A stretch of DNA of 64,000 nt from Vicinamibacterales bacterium. GTDB lineage: Bacteria; Acidobacteriota; Vicinamibacteria; Vicinamibacterales; 2-12-FULL-66-21. Each line of letters starts with the position of its first letter. Positions within the stretch are counted from its first letter, which is position 1. Under the pieces are notes generated by a model, which made no database searches, was not told where the DNA came from, and saw nothing but the letters and a program-made list of their open reading frames with translations. The position numbers and the translations under genes were made by a program. The DNA lies in assembly GCA_035491715.1 (NCBI GenBank), contig DATJKH010000029.1, forward strand, positions 23,555 through 87,554. The letters are read 5' to 3'. This document shows, piece after piece, positions 26,467 through 35,336 of the stretch.

Positions 26467-28061
26467 CCCTCCCGATACTCCCGAGTGAGAAACTGGTTCG
26501 CGTCGGCGTTATTGGTGACTTTCATGTTGGCCGGGTCGTAATACAGCTTCGAATTCGCGCGCAGCGAGGCGATGCCGAGCAGCATCGTTTCGGTGAGTGT
26601 TGCGGCGTAGTCAAAGGGACAGGAGATCTGATCCTTCCCTTTGATCGTGTTAACCCAGTTCATCTCGTGCGCTTCGTGCGCGACGCGAGTCAATCGTTCC
26701 TTCGGGGGACCGTAGGCGTTGTGGCGCGCGACCGGAAGCAATCGCGGAGGGTTGGCGCTCTCCTGGAGCAGCTTGCCCTTCTTGCCGACGTAGAGAATGC
26801 CGCCGCCAGGATTCAGTTTCGCGCCTTCGAGCTCCGGCGGATCCGACGGCATCAGTCCGCCGTCGTACCACGTCAGCGTCACGGCGGGCAGGTTCCCACG
26901 CTTCGGGAACTCATAGTGGGTGGTCGTCGCGTCCGGATAGGTGGCGCCATTGAATGGTGTCGACTCGGTCTCGATAACCGTGGGCAAGCCAAGATTCAGT
27001 GCCCACATCGGAAAGTCGATTAGATGGGCACCCATGTCGCCGAGCGCGCCCTGACCCCAGTCAACCCATCCACGCCAGTTGAACGGGTGATAGATCGGGT
27101 GGTAGTCCACCTTTGGTGCGACACCGAGGAACAGATCCCAGTCGAGACCGGTGGGGATTGAGTAGTCCCCTTTCATCGCCGCGGCCAGTCGCTCGGCGAC
27201 GGCACGATTGTCCCATCCGAGTTGCGCGGTGTTGACCTGACCGGTAGCCGGCCGTGGAATGCCCTGCGGCCAGTAGCCCCACGGCCGGTTGGTCCAGACA
27301 TGCACTTCACGGACTTCGCCGATGGCGCCGTCGAGGATGTACTCGACTCCGCGCCGCTGCTCGTCCTGCGAGTGGCGCTGGTTGCCCATCTGCGTGACGA
27401 TCTTCGACATCGCCGCCGCTTTCCTGGAAAGGTGGCGTGCCTCGTGCACGGACCAGCACAGCGGCTTCTGCACGTACACGTGTTTGCCGGCGTCCATCGA
27501 CGCCGAGGCAATGATGGCGTGCATGTGATCGGGCGTAGCAACGATGACGCCGTCGAGGTCCTTTTGCCTGTCGAGCATCTCGCGATAGTCCTGGTATTTC
27601 TTCAATCGCGGGATCTGTTCCTTCACGAACTTCTGCAGGCGGTCGTAGGGATCGTCAACGGGCCATCGTTCATCGGCGGCAAGCTGCGCCTTCGAGCGCG
27701 GCCATACCTTGAACGTTTCCGTGCCGGGCGGCGGCCCTTGAGGACGTGGCGTTGGACGCTGCGCCTTCGACCACTGTGCGAGCTTGCGATCGAGCAGGCC
27801 GAGGTCGCAGTCGCAAATCGCGACGATGTTCTGGCTCATGACGGCCTGAGCGTTTTCGGCTCCCATGCCATTGATGCCGGCGACGGCAAGGTTCGCCGTG
27901 TCGCTTGGCGCCTGAAACCCGCGGCCAAGCACACGCCGCGGTACGATCAGGAACGCAGCGCCCGCGCCCGCCACTGTGTTGACGAACTCGCGTCGCGTCA
28001 CGGCGGCAGTTGCCGTAGCCGTCGTGTCTTCGCTATCTTCCGGTGTCTTGTAATCGTTCAT
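26454..28061 (-). CDS. Gfo/Idh/MocA-family oxidoreductase with twin-arginine signal
   Basis: Tat motif TRREFVNTVAGAGAAFLIV, followed by the Rossmann block AVAGINGMG. Confidence 0.85.
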   Translation of the reverse strand: MNDYKTPEDSEDTTATATAAVTRREFVNTVAGAGAAFLIVPRRVLGRGFQAPSDTANLAVAGINGMGAENAQAVMSQNIVAICDCDLGLLDRKLAQWSKAQRPTPRPQGPPPGTETFKVWPRSKAQLAADERWPVDDPYDRLQKFVKEQIPRLKKYQDYREMLDRQKDLDGVIVATPDHMHAIIASASMDAGKHVYVQKPLCWSVHEARHLSRKAAAMSKIVTQMGNQRHSQDEQRRGVEYILDGAIGEVREVHVWTNRPWGYWPQGIPRPATGQVNTAQLGWDNRAVAERLAAAMKGDYSIPTGLDWDLFLGVAPKVDYHPIYHPFNWRGWVDWGQGALGDMGAHLIDFPMWALNLGLPTVIETESTPFNGATYPDATTTHYEFPKRGNLPAVTLTWYDGGLMPSDPPELEGAKLNPGGGILYVGKKGKLLQESANPPRLLPVARHNAYGPPKERLTRVAHEAHEMNWVNTIKGKDQISCPFDYAATLTETMLLGIASLRANSKLYYDPANMKVTNNADANQFLTREYREGWKL

Positions 28062-28112
28062 CGGACGGCTATCCTAAAATGCAGCCCATCTCGGAGTGAA
28101 GCAGGAGGACAG

Positions 28113-28904
28113 ATGAAGCCATCGACCGTTTTCCTTGGCGAAATGACGAATCCAGAAGTCGAGGCCTTTCTGAAAACGCATCATACGGTGATCGTTCCAA
28201 CCGGCGCAACGGAGCAGCATGGACCGCACGCGCCGCTTCTGACCGACGTGATCATCCCGAACGAGATCGCGCGCCGGATTGCCCCGAAGATCGGTGCGGT
28301 CGTCGCTCCGGCCATCAACTACGCCCTTTCGTATCCCCATGTCGGGTTCACCGGGCTGGTGCACATCCGCATTCCGACGTTCATGGCGCTTGTCGAAGAC
28401 CTGTGCGTCGCGTTTGCCAACTCAGGGTTCAAGCGGATCGTTTTTCTCAATGGCCATTACGACAATACCTATGCCATCGCCTACGCGTGCGCGAATGCTG
28501 CCGACAAGATTGGCAAGGACGTGAAGGCATTTCCCGTCAACTATTGGGACGCGTTGACGACGGAAGAGATCGACGAGTTCTCCGGGCTGAAGAACGGTCT
28601 GCACGCCAATCTGGCGGAGACGTCGGCGGTGATGGCTATCAATCCAAAGTTGGTGGACCTCGAAAAGGCGAATGCCGAGTTTCCGCCATTTCCGAAGTAC
28701 ACGATTCCAACGGGGCCCGTTCACACCGCATTCTTCTTCACCGCTCCCGGCTCGGTGTACTGGGCGACGAAATCCGGCACGTGGGGCGACCCGCGGAAGT
28801 CCACGGCCGAGACAGGTGAGCGCTATCTCGAGGCCGGCGTGCGCTCGACGTTGGCGGTGCTCGAGAACATCGAGAACACGTTCAAGGCGATGCCGCCGCG
28901 GTAA
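28113..28904 (+). CDS. creatininase-family amidohydrolase
   Basis: The block VPTGATEQHGPHAPLLTD is the family hallmark. GGAGG lies upstream of the in-frame ATG 28113. The ORF-track start at 27222 is an antisense-derived extension. Confidence 0.8.
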   Translation: MKPSTVFLGEMTNPEVEAFLKTHHTVIVPTGATEQHGPHAPLLTDVIIPNEIARRIAPKIGAVVAPAINYALSYPHVGFTGLVHIRIPTFMALVEDLCVAFANSGFKRIVFLNGHYDNTYAIAYACANAADKIGKDVKAFPVNYWDALTTEEIDEFSGLKNGLHANLAETSAVMAINPKLVDLEKANAEFPPFPKYTIPTGPVHTAFFFTAPGSVYWATKSGTWGDPRKSTAETGERYLEAGVRSTLAVLENIENTFKAMPPR

Positions 28905-28907
28905 CCT

Positions 28908-29948
28908 ATGCACGATCTCACCTCCGTCCCTCAGACCAACCCGGTGAATCTCTACCGCGTGCGCGATGCGATGTATGCGCCCGACATGCTGATCGCCGCG
29001 CTCGTCCATCTCGATTTCTTCACCTGGCTCGCCGACCATCCGGCCAGCAAAGAGGAGATCTGCCGCAGTCTCGAAATCACCGATCGCCCGGCAGACGTCA
29101 TGCTGACGCTGTTTGCCGCGATGGGGCTCGTCGAAGAGCGGCAGCGTGTGTTTCATCTGACTGCGACGGCCCGAGAGCACCTTGTCCAAGGGTCACCGTG
29201 GTACCTCGAGCCGTACTTCGCCTCGGTTAAGAACCGACCCGTCACACTTGATTTGCTCAAGGTCTTGCGGACGGGAAAGCCGGCGAACTGGGGTAGCCAG
29301 GAGACCGATAAGGACTGGCACAAGTCGATGGAGACCGAGGGGTTTGCGACGCAGTTCACCTCCGCGATGGATTGCCGCGGCGTCTATCTCGCCCAGGCGG
29401 TCGCCAAGTCCATCGACCTTTCAGGGTATCGCCATCTCCTCGACATCGCCGGCGGATCGGGCATCTATGCCTGTTCGCTGGTGACGCACTGTCGGCAGCT
29501 GACGGCCACCGTTTTAGAGAAGCCCCCTGTCGACAAAATCGCCGCCACTGCGATCGCGAACAGAGGCTGTTCGGAGAAAGTGCGAGTCGTGGCGCGCGAC
29601 ATGCTCACGACGCCACTGCCGAAGGACGCAGACATCCACCTGTTTTCCAACGTTCTCCACGATTGGGACGAGCCGGTGGTCGGCGAGCTGTTACAGAAGT
29701 CATGTGAGGCGCTGCTCCCGGGAGGTCTCGTGGTGGTTCACGATGCATTCCTTAACGCGGAGAAAAACGGACCGCTTCACGTCGCGGAGTACTCGGTGCT
29801 GCTGATGCACTCCTCTGAAGGCCGATGTTATTCGGTGGCCGAGATGGAGCGGTATCTGCAGGAGGCAGGATTTTGTGACGTCACCTACGTCGCGGGAGCG
29901 GCCGCGCGCGGAATCATGACCGCGAAAAAGCGACTCAGTAATTGCTGA
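28908..29948 (+). CDS. class I SAM-dependent O-methyltransferase with N-terminal dimerisation/winged-helix domain
   Basis: SAM motif LLDIAGGSGIY and a COMT/CrtF-like length and architecture. It starts 3 nt after the creatininase-family stop. Confidence 0.8.
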   Translation: MHDLTSVPQTNPVNLYRVRDAMYAPDMLIAALVHLDFFTWLADHPASKEEICRSLEITDRPADVMLTLFAAMGLVEERQRVFHLTATAREHLVQGSPWYLEPYFASVKNRPVTLDLLKVLRTGKPANWGSQETDKDWHKSMETEGFATQFTSAMDCRGVYLAQAVAKSIDLSGYRHLLDIAGGSGIYACSLVTHCRQLTATVLEKPPVDKIAATAIANRGCSEKVRVVARDMLTTPLPKDADIHLFSNVLHDWDEPVVGELLQKSCEALLPGGLVVVHDAFLNAEKNGPLHVAEYSVLLMHSSEGRCYSVAEMERYLQEAGFCDVTYVAGAAARGIMTAKKRLSNC

Positions 29949-29980
29949 TTCCTGAATGTTGAGTGACTGTTGAAAGGCTC

Positions 29981-30904
29981 ATGAACCGTCGCGAATTTAT
30001 TGCTGTCGCGGGTGTGCCGTTCGCCACCCGCGTTCTCTCTCGAGCGACCGCGCAGCGGCCGCGCACGAGGCTCATTCTCCTGGGCACGGGCGGTGGTCCG
30101 ACACCCAAGAAATCGGTCTCCGCTTCGGCGCAGGTGATCATCGTCGCCGACGCGGCATATGTGGTCGATTGTGGTGACGGAGTCGCGCGTCAACTGGTTG
30201 CGGCGGATGTGCCGCTGCGCAACCTGAAGCACATCTTCATCACGCACCATCATTCCGATCACAACGCCGACTACGGCAACTTGTTGCTGCTGTCCTGGGC
30301 GACCGGCTTAGCCACCGGCGTCGGTACGTGGGGTCCACCGCCGTTGACGAAGATGACCGAGCTGTTTCTGGCGATGAATGCGTACGACATCGATATCCGC
30401 ATTCGCGACGAAGGCCGGGTTCCGCTCGCTCCGCTGGTTGTGCCGCATGAGGTGTCGCAGGCCGGCGTCGTGATGCAGGACGACAACGTCAAAGTCACTT
30501 CGACCCTGGTCGACCATCCGCTGGTCGCGCCGGCGTTGGCGTACCGATTCGACGGACCCGACCGATCGATCGTCATTTCCGGCGACACGGCTCGGTCTGA
30601 CAATCTCGTGAAGCTCGCTCGAGGTGCCGACATCCTGGTTCATGAAGCCCTGTGGTTGCCGGCGGTTGAGCGAATCATCGCGCGCGATCTGAATGCTTCT
30701 CGGCTCAGGGAGCATCTGCTTGCCAGCCACACCACTGTCGAGGACTGCGGTCGTGTGGCCGAAGCCGCGGGCGTGAAGACACTGGTCCTCTCGCACCTCG
30801 TGCCAGGCGGCGACCCGACGATCACCGACGAGATGTGGACGAACGCGGCGCGCCAGCACTTCAAAGGGCGCATCATCGTCGGCAAGGACTTGATGGAGAT
30901 CTGA
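29981..30904 (+). CDS. MBL-fold metallo-hydrolase with twin-arginine signal
   Basis: Tat motif MNRREFIAVAG and metal motif THHHSDH. Confidence 0.8.
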   Translation: MNRREFIAVAGVPFATRVLSRATAQRPRTRLILLGTGGGPTPKKSVSASAQVIIVADAAYVVDCGDGVARQLVAADVPLRNLKHIFITHHHSDHNADYGNLLLLSWATGLATGVGTWGPPPLTKMTELFLAMNAYDIDIRIRDEGRVPLAPLVVPHEVSQAGVVMQDDNVKVTSTLVDHPLVAPALAYRFDGPDRSIVISGDTARSDNLVKLARGADILVHEALWLPAVERIIARDLNASRLREHLLASHTTVEDCGRVAEAAGVKTLVLSHLVPGGDPTITDEMWTNAARQHFKGRIIVGKDLMEI

Positions 30905-30908
30905 ACCT

Positions 30909-31268
30909 ATGACGTCAAAGGGTTTTCGACGGATCGCCATCGGAATGAAGGACGCGATCGAGAGTGCACATATGGGACATCCGGACTTCCGCGTGCACAA
31001 CCGCATCTTCGCGACGCTTCACGCCGATCTCAAATACGGCATGGTGAAACTGACCCCTGAGCAACAGGCGCGCTTCATCGCGGATGCACCGGATGCCTTT
31101 AAACCTGAAAACGGTGCGTGGGGCTTGCAGGGTTGCACGGCGGTGCGGCTGGATCGCGTCAACGAAGAAATGCTTGGCGAAGCGATGACGCTGGCCTGGC
31201 GACACACCAGCGAGAAGGCCCTGGCGCGTGGCACGCCCAAACGAACGCCGCGATCTCGCGCAAAATGA
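30909..31268 (+). CDS. MmcQ/YjbR-family protein
   Basis: Its size (119 aa) and the block HPDFRVHNRIFATL resemble YjbR-like proteins. Confidence 0.6.
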   Translation: MTSKGFRRIAIGMKDAIESAHMGHPDFRVHNRIFATLHADLKYGMVKLTPEQQARFIADAPDAFKPENGAWGLQGCTAVRLDRVNEEMLGEAMTLAWRHTSEKALARGTPKRTPRSRAK

Positions 31269-31296
31269 TCGAAGCACGACAACGGAGACGTGGCGT

Positions 31297-31881
31297 GTGA
31301 ATGCACCGGTGCAAATGCGACTTGTCTGGCCTGCCCGGGAATACCTGCCCGGCTACGTCGAGGCGCTTCAGCGCGGCTGGTCGCCTGACAACATGCGCCA
31401 GGAGGCCGGCGCTGAAGCGCTCGCGCGCATTGCGTCGAACGCCGAGGCATTCCTCGCAAGTCTCGTGGACCGGGAGGGGAGAGGGGCTCCGGTCACGTTG
31501 CCCGATGGTTCGGTGGTGCGGCGATTACCTGGCTACAACCGGTGGATGTGGGACGGAGGGTTTTGCGGCCACATCAATCTTCGCTGGCAGCCGGGGACGG
31601 AAGCGCTCCCACCGTATTGTCTTGGGCACATCGGCTACACCGTCGTTCCATGGAAGCAAAGACGCGGCTACGCGACGCAGGCACTTCGTGAGGTTCTCGA
31701 GGAAGCGGGAGGCGAGGGGCTGCGCTACGTGGAAATCACGACCGACCCCGACAATGTGGCCTCCCAACGCGTGATCGAACGCAACGGTGGCGTTCTCGTC
31801 GAACAGTTCGTTGCCCCTGCGGCGCTGGGAGGGACACGAAAGCTTCGGTATCGAGTGCAGGTTCCGTCGCAATCTTCATGA
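31297..31881 (+). CDS. GNAT-family N-acetyltransferase
   Basis: Acetyl-CoA block KQRRGYATQAL and the C-terminal NVASQRVIERNGG are present. The start is either GTG 31297 or ATG 31315. Confidence 0.6.
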   Translation: MNAPVQMRLVWPAREYLPGYVEALQRGWSPDNMRQEAGAEALARIASNAEAFLASLVDREGRGAPVTLPDGSVVRRLPGYNRWMWDGGFCGHINLRWQPGTEALPPYCLGHIGYTVVPWKQRRGYATQALREVLEEAGGEGLRYVEITTDPDNVASQRVIERNGGVLVEQFVAPAALGGTRKLRYRVQVPSQSS

Positions 31882-31948
31882 CCGGCACTGTGGACCTGAA
31901 AATTGTGGGCCGATACAATCGACTCCCACTGCGAAACAAGGATGGTTG

Positions 31949-32185
31949 ATGATTGATCTGTATAACGCCGAGACGAATCAGTTGCTCGGCAGCATTACTG
32001 AAGCTGACCTGCAGGTCCTGATCGACGCACTCGAGGAAGAGTCTTCCGAGGACCAGGACTATTACATCGACAAAGCCACGATCGAATTCATGGCCGACGG
32101 CCGTCCATCCGATCACTTGCTGGGCCTGCTCCGGACCGCGCTCGGCTCGAGAGACGGTGTCGAGATCCGTTGGCGGCGACGGTAG
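31949..32185 (+). CDS. small acidic conserved hypothetical protein (78 aa)
   Basis: MIDLYNAETNQLLGSITEADLQVLIDALEEES... I recall similar small ORFs annotated only as hypothetical in other phyla. No function is known to me. Confidence 0.45.
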   Translation: MIDLYNAETNQLLGSITEADLQVLIDALEEESSEDQDYYIDKATIEFMADGRPSDHLLGLLRTALGSRDGVEIRWRRR

Positions 32186-32206
32186 GGCGGACCAACCGTT
32201 GCGGTG

Positions 32207-33010
32207 ATGAACACGGATGCCATCGCTACCGAATTGCTCGAAGCACTGGACCGTCGATCGATCGTCGAGCCATTCACGCGGCGTGACTCTGGATTCGACA
32301 ATCGGGCCGCCTATGAGGTCAGTGCCGAGATTCTGCGACGCCGCCGCGCGCGCGGCGAGAAACCGATTGGCCGCAAGATCGGCTTCACCAACCGGCTGAT
32401 CTGGGACGAGTACGGCGTGTCGGCGCCGATGTGGGGACATGTCTACGACAGCACGGTGACGTTTTTGACCGAATCGTCGGGACGGCTCGCGATTTCCCAC
32501 CTGGCGCAGCCCCGTATCGAGCCGGAAATCATGCTGCATTTTCGCGAGTCACCTGCGTCGGCGCGCGACGATGGTGAACTGCTTTCAACCATTGACTGGA
32601 TCGCGCACGGCTTCGAGATCGTGCAGACCCATTTTCTCGACTGGAAGTTCGGTCTCGCTGATACGGTTGCCGACTTTGGCCTGCATGGCGCGCTGATCGT
32701 CGGACCGCCGCAGCAGGTCGAGCGGTTCGACGACCTCGCGAGGGCCCTTCGAGCGTTCACAATCGCACTCGCGAAGAACGGAGCACTGGCGGCTCGTGGC
32801 GCCGGTGCGAACGTCCTCGATGGACCCCTCCCGGCGGCGCTGTTCCTGTTGCGTGTGCTGCAAGATCAAGCTCTGTTCGAGCCGATTCGAGCGGGGGAGA
32901 TTGTCACGACCGGCACGCTGACCGCCGCTCTTCCCATTCAGGCGGGTGAGACCTGGACGACGAGCCTGACCGGAATCGATCTGCCAGGCGTCATGGCCCA
33001 CTTCGACTGA
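32207..33010 (+). CDS. 2-keto-4-pentenoate hydratase / FAH-superfamily hydratase-decarboxylase-like protein
   Basis: The GRKIGFTN block and overall length resemble the MhpD/HpcG family. The start is either GTG 32204 or ATG 32207. Confidence 0.6.
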   Translation: MNTDAIATELLEALDRRSIVEPFTRRDSGFDNRAAYEVSAEILRRRRARGEKPIGRKIGFTNRLIWDEYGVSAPMWGHVYDSTVTFLTESSGRLAISHLAQPRIEPEIMLHFRESPASARDDGELLSTIDWIAHGFEIVQTHFLDWKFGLADTVADFGLHGALIVGPPQQVERFDDLARALRAFTIALAKNGALAARGAGANVLDGPLPAALFLLRVLQDQALFEPIRAGEIVTTGTLTAALPIQAGETWTTSLTGIDLPGVMAHFD

Positions 33011-33028
33011 GTACAATTACCGTCCCGC

Positions 33029-33661
33029 ATGCTGACCGCTTTGGAAGCCCTCGCTCGCCTTCAAGAAGGCAACCGGCGATTCGTCGCCAATCAGACAAGT
33101 CCCGACGCCGTCGACCACGCGCGTCGTGCGGCCCTGGCGGCAGGGCAGGAGCCGTTCGCGATCATCCTGGGATGTTCGGACTCGCGCGTTCCCGCCGAGC
33201 TGGTCTTCGATCAGGGCTTCGGCGATCTCTTTGTCATTCGCGTCGCCGGCAATATCGTGGCGCCGTCGCAAGTGGGGAGCGTGGAATTTGCGGCGTCACG
33301 CTTTGGCACGCGGCTCGTTGTCGTCCTGGGACATTCCGGATGCGGTGCCATCACGGCGACGCTCGAGGAGATCACTGGCCGGGCGACCAGTCAATCGCGC
33401 AATCTTCGCTCGATCGTCAATCGAGTGCGGCCATCGGTCGAGACGTTGTTGACGTCGCGATATCACGAAAACGAGGACGCGCTGATTCGTGATGCGGTGC
33501 GGGCGAACGTGCGCGCGTCGGTCAATCATTTGCAGCACGGCTCAGAGCTCCTCGAGCAACTGAGTCTGAACGATGGACTCATGGTCGTGGGTGCGGAGTA
33601 TTCGTTGGAGACCGGTGTGGTGACATTTCTCGACGCTGTGCAGGAACGCGGTGACCGGTGA
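33029..33661 (+). CDS. beta-class carbonic anhydrase
   Basis: Zinc-ligand blocks GCSDSRV and GHSGCGA are present. Confidence 0.9.
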   Translation: MLTALEALARLQEGNRRFVANQTSPDAVDHARRAALAAGQEPFAIILGCSDSRVPAELVFDQGFGDLFVIRVAGNIVAPSQVGSVEFAASRFGTRLVVVLGHSGCGAITATLEEITGRATSQSRNLRSIVNRVRPSVETLLTSRYHENEDALIRDAVRANVRASVNHLQHGSELLEQLSLNDGLMVVGAEYSLETGVVTFLDAVQERGDR

Positions 33662-34275
33662 TCAAGGTTGCGCCAGTCACGCTCGAAGGTAACGGCATGC
33701 GGCTGGAACCGCTGTCGCCCGATCATACCCAGGCGCTTCAGACGGCTGTGGAGGACGGCCGTCTCTGGGAATTGTGGTACACGAGAGTTCCCGAACCGAA
33801 AGGAGTCGCGGAGTACATCGCCGCGGCGCTTGCCGGTCAGGAGGCAGGACACATGCTTGCCTGGGCCGTGCGCGAACTTGCCACCGGGACCATCATCGGA
33901 AGTACGCGCTACCACGACATCCTGGCCGACATCGATCGGGTCGAGATCGGGTATACGTTCTACGCGAAGCGATGGCAGCGCACGCACGTGAACACGGTGT
34001 GTAAGCTGCTGCTCTTCGAACACGCATTCGATCGTCTGGGCTGTCGGGTCGTAGGGCTGCGGACTGACAACTTCAACTTCACATCACAACGGGCGATTGA
34101 GCGGCTCGGTGCAAGAAAGGACGGAGTCATCAGGCACTACGGTGCGCGTCGTGACGGCAGCGTCCGCGATACCGTGATTTACAGTGTGCTGGCCCATGAG
34201 TGGCCGGACGTGAGGCGGCATCTCGAATTGAAGCTGAAGCGGGCAGTTGTACCGGTGGAGGGCATCGGGCGATGA
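33658..34275 (+). CDS. GNAT-family N-acetyltransferase (RimJ/RimL-like)
   Basis: LEPLSPDH start, the block RWQRTHVNT and the C-terminal NFTSQRAIERLGA are present. The GTG start overlaps the carbonic anhydrase stop (GTGA). Confidence 0.75.
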   Translation: MIKVAPVTLEGNGMRLEPLSPDHTQALQTAVEDGRLWELWYTRVPEPKGVAEYIAAALAGQEAGHMLAWAVRELATGTIIGSTRYHDILADIDRVEIGYTFYAKRWQRTHVNTVCKLLLFEHAFDRLGCRVVGLRTDNFNFTSQRAIERLGARKDGVIRHYGARRDGSVRDTVIYSVLAHEWPDVRRHLELKLKRAVVPVEGIGR

Positions 34276-35336
34276 CCGATCGCGCACGAACTTACCGCGT
34301 CGCGCTCTATCCCGGCGATGGCATCGGTCCGGAAGTTACCGATGCGGCCGTCACTGTTCTCGCGGCGGCAAAAGATAAACACCAACCCTTCGATCTCGAG
34401 TTCGCACGTTTCGATTGGGGCATTCCGCATTTCGAGAAGCATGGACGTGTGGCTCCCGAAGACTTTCTCTCCACCCTGCGCGGCTTCGATGCGATTTTTC
34501 TCGGCGCCGTCGGCTGGCCGGCCCGGCTGCCCGATCACATCACCCTCACGCCGTTGATTCGTTTGCGTCAAGCGTTCGATCTCTATGCCTGCGTGCGCCC
34601 GGCGCGAACGTTCGACGGTGTCCGCGGCCCGCTCCGTCGCGAGGAGCCGATCGATCTGGTTGTCGTTCGCGAGAACTCTGAAGGCGAGTACGTCGACAAC
34701 GGTGGCGCCCTCGCGGTCAACACGCCACATGAAGTGGCGTTGCAGACGGCTGTTCACACTCGGCGCGGCGTTGAACGGATCCTGCGTTTTTCGTTCGAGC
34801 TTGCGCGCACACGGCGACGGCGGCTCGCGATGATCACCAAGTCGAACGCACAGCGCTACGCGTATGTGCTGTGGGATCGACTGCTTGTCGAGATCGCGGC
34901 GCAGTTCGAAGACGTCGCGGTCGAGAAGTTGCACATCGACGCGGCGACGCTCGAATTGGTCCGTCGGCCGCACACCTTCGACGTCGTCGTCGGATCGAAT
35001 CTCTTTGGCGACATTCTCAGCGACCTGACCGGCGGTATCACCGGAAGCCTGGGGTTGAATCCGTCGGCGAATCTGAATCCTGAACGCCGATTCCCCTCGC
35101 TGTTCGAGCCGGTGCATGGATCGGCGCCAGATATTGCGGGAAAGGGGATCGCGAATCCAACCGCCGCGGTCTTGAGTGCCGCGATGATGCTTGACTGGTT
35201 GGGGGAGGCGGCCGCAGCAACAGATGTGCGTGCCGCAGTCGAGCGCGCGCTCGCCGCGGGCAACCTGACACCGGATGTCGGCGGCGCCTTAACCACGACG
35301 CAAATGACAGAGGCAATTGTGCGGCAGCTCGAATGA
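34272..35336 (+). CDS. tartrate dehydrogenase/decarboxylase-like member of the isocitrate/isopropylmalate dehydrogenase family
   Basis: The blocks YPGDGIGPEV, FDWG, VRENSEGEY, TKSNAQR and PERRFPSLFEPVHGSAPDIAGKGIANP closely follow my recollection of TtuC-type enzymes. The ATG overlaps the upstream stop (ATGA). Confidence 0.75.
   Translation: MTDRARTYRVALYPGDGIGPEVTDAAVTVLAAAKDKHQPFDLEFARFDWGIPHFEKHGRVAPEDFLSTLRGFDAIFLGAVGWPARLPDHITLTPLIRLRQAFDLYACVRPARTFDGVRGPLRREEPIDLVVVRENSEGEYVDNGGALAVNTPHEVALQTAVHTRRGVERILRFSFELARTRRRRLAMITKSNAQRYAYVLWDRLLVEIAAQFEDVAVEKLHIDAATLELVRRPHTFDVVVGSNLFGDILSDLTGGITGSLGLNPSANLNPERRFPSLFEPVHGSAPDIAGKGIANPTAAVLSAAMMLDWLGEAAAATDVRAAVERALAAGNLTPDVGGALTTTQMTEAIVRQLE

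Noticed and set aside
27222-28112. Long 5' extensions of ORF-track entries: 27222 for the creatininase gene, 11615 for the GHMP kinase, 55350 for DUF1624, 58137 for LigD-Pol, 48645 for the ABC ATPase, 21297 for the NTase-like ORF, 34200 for the tartrate dehydrogenase-like gene, 61477 for LuxR, 42166 for RraA and 55574 for lysC.
   Set aside because: The extensions overlap neighbouring genes, often in antisense, and lack family motifs. The in-frame internal starts give canonical N-termini, Shine-Dalgarno sequences or stop/start coupling.
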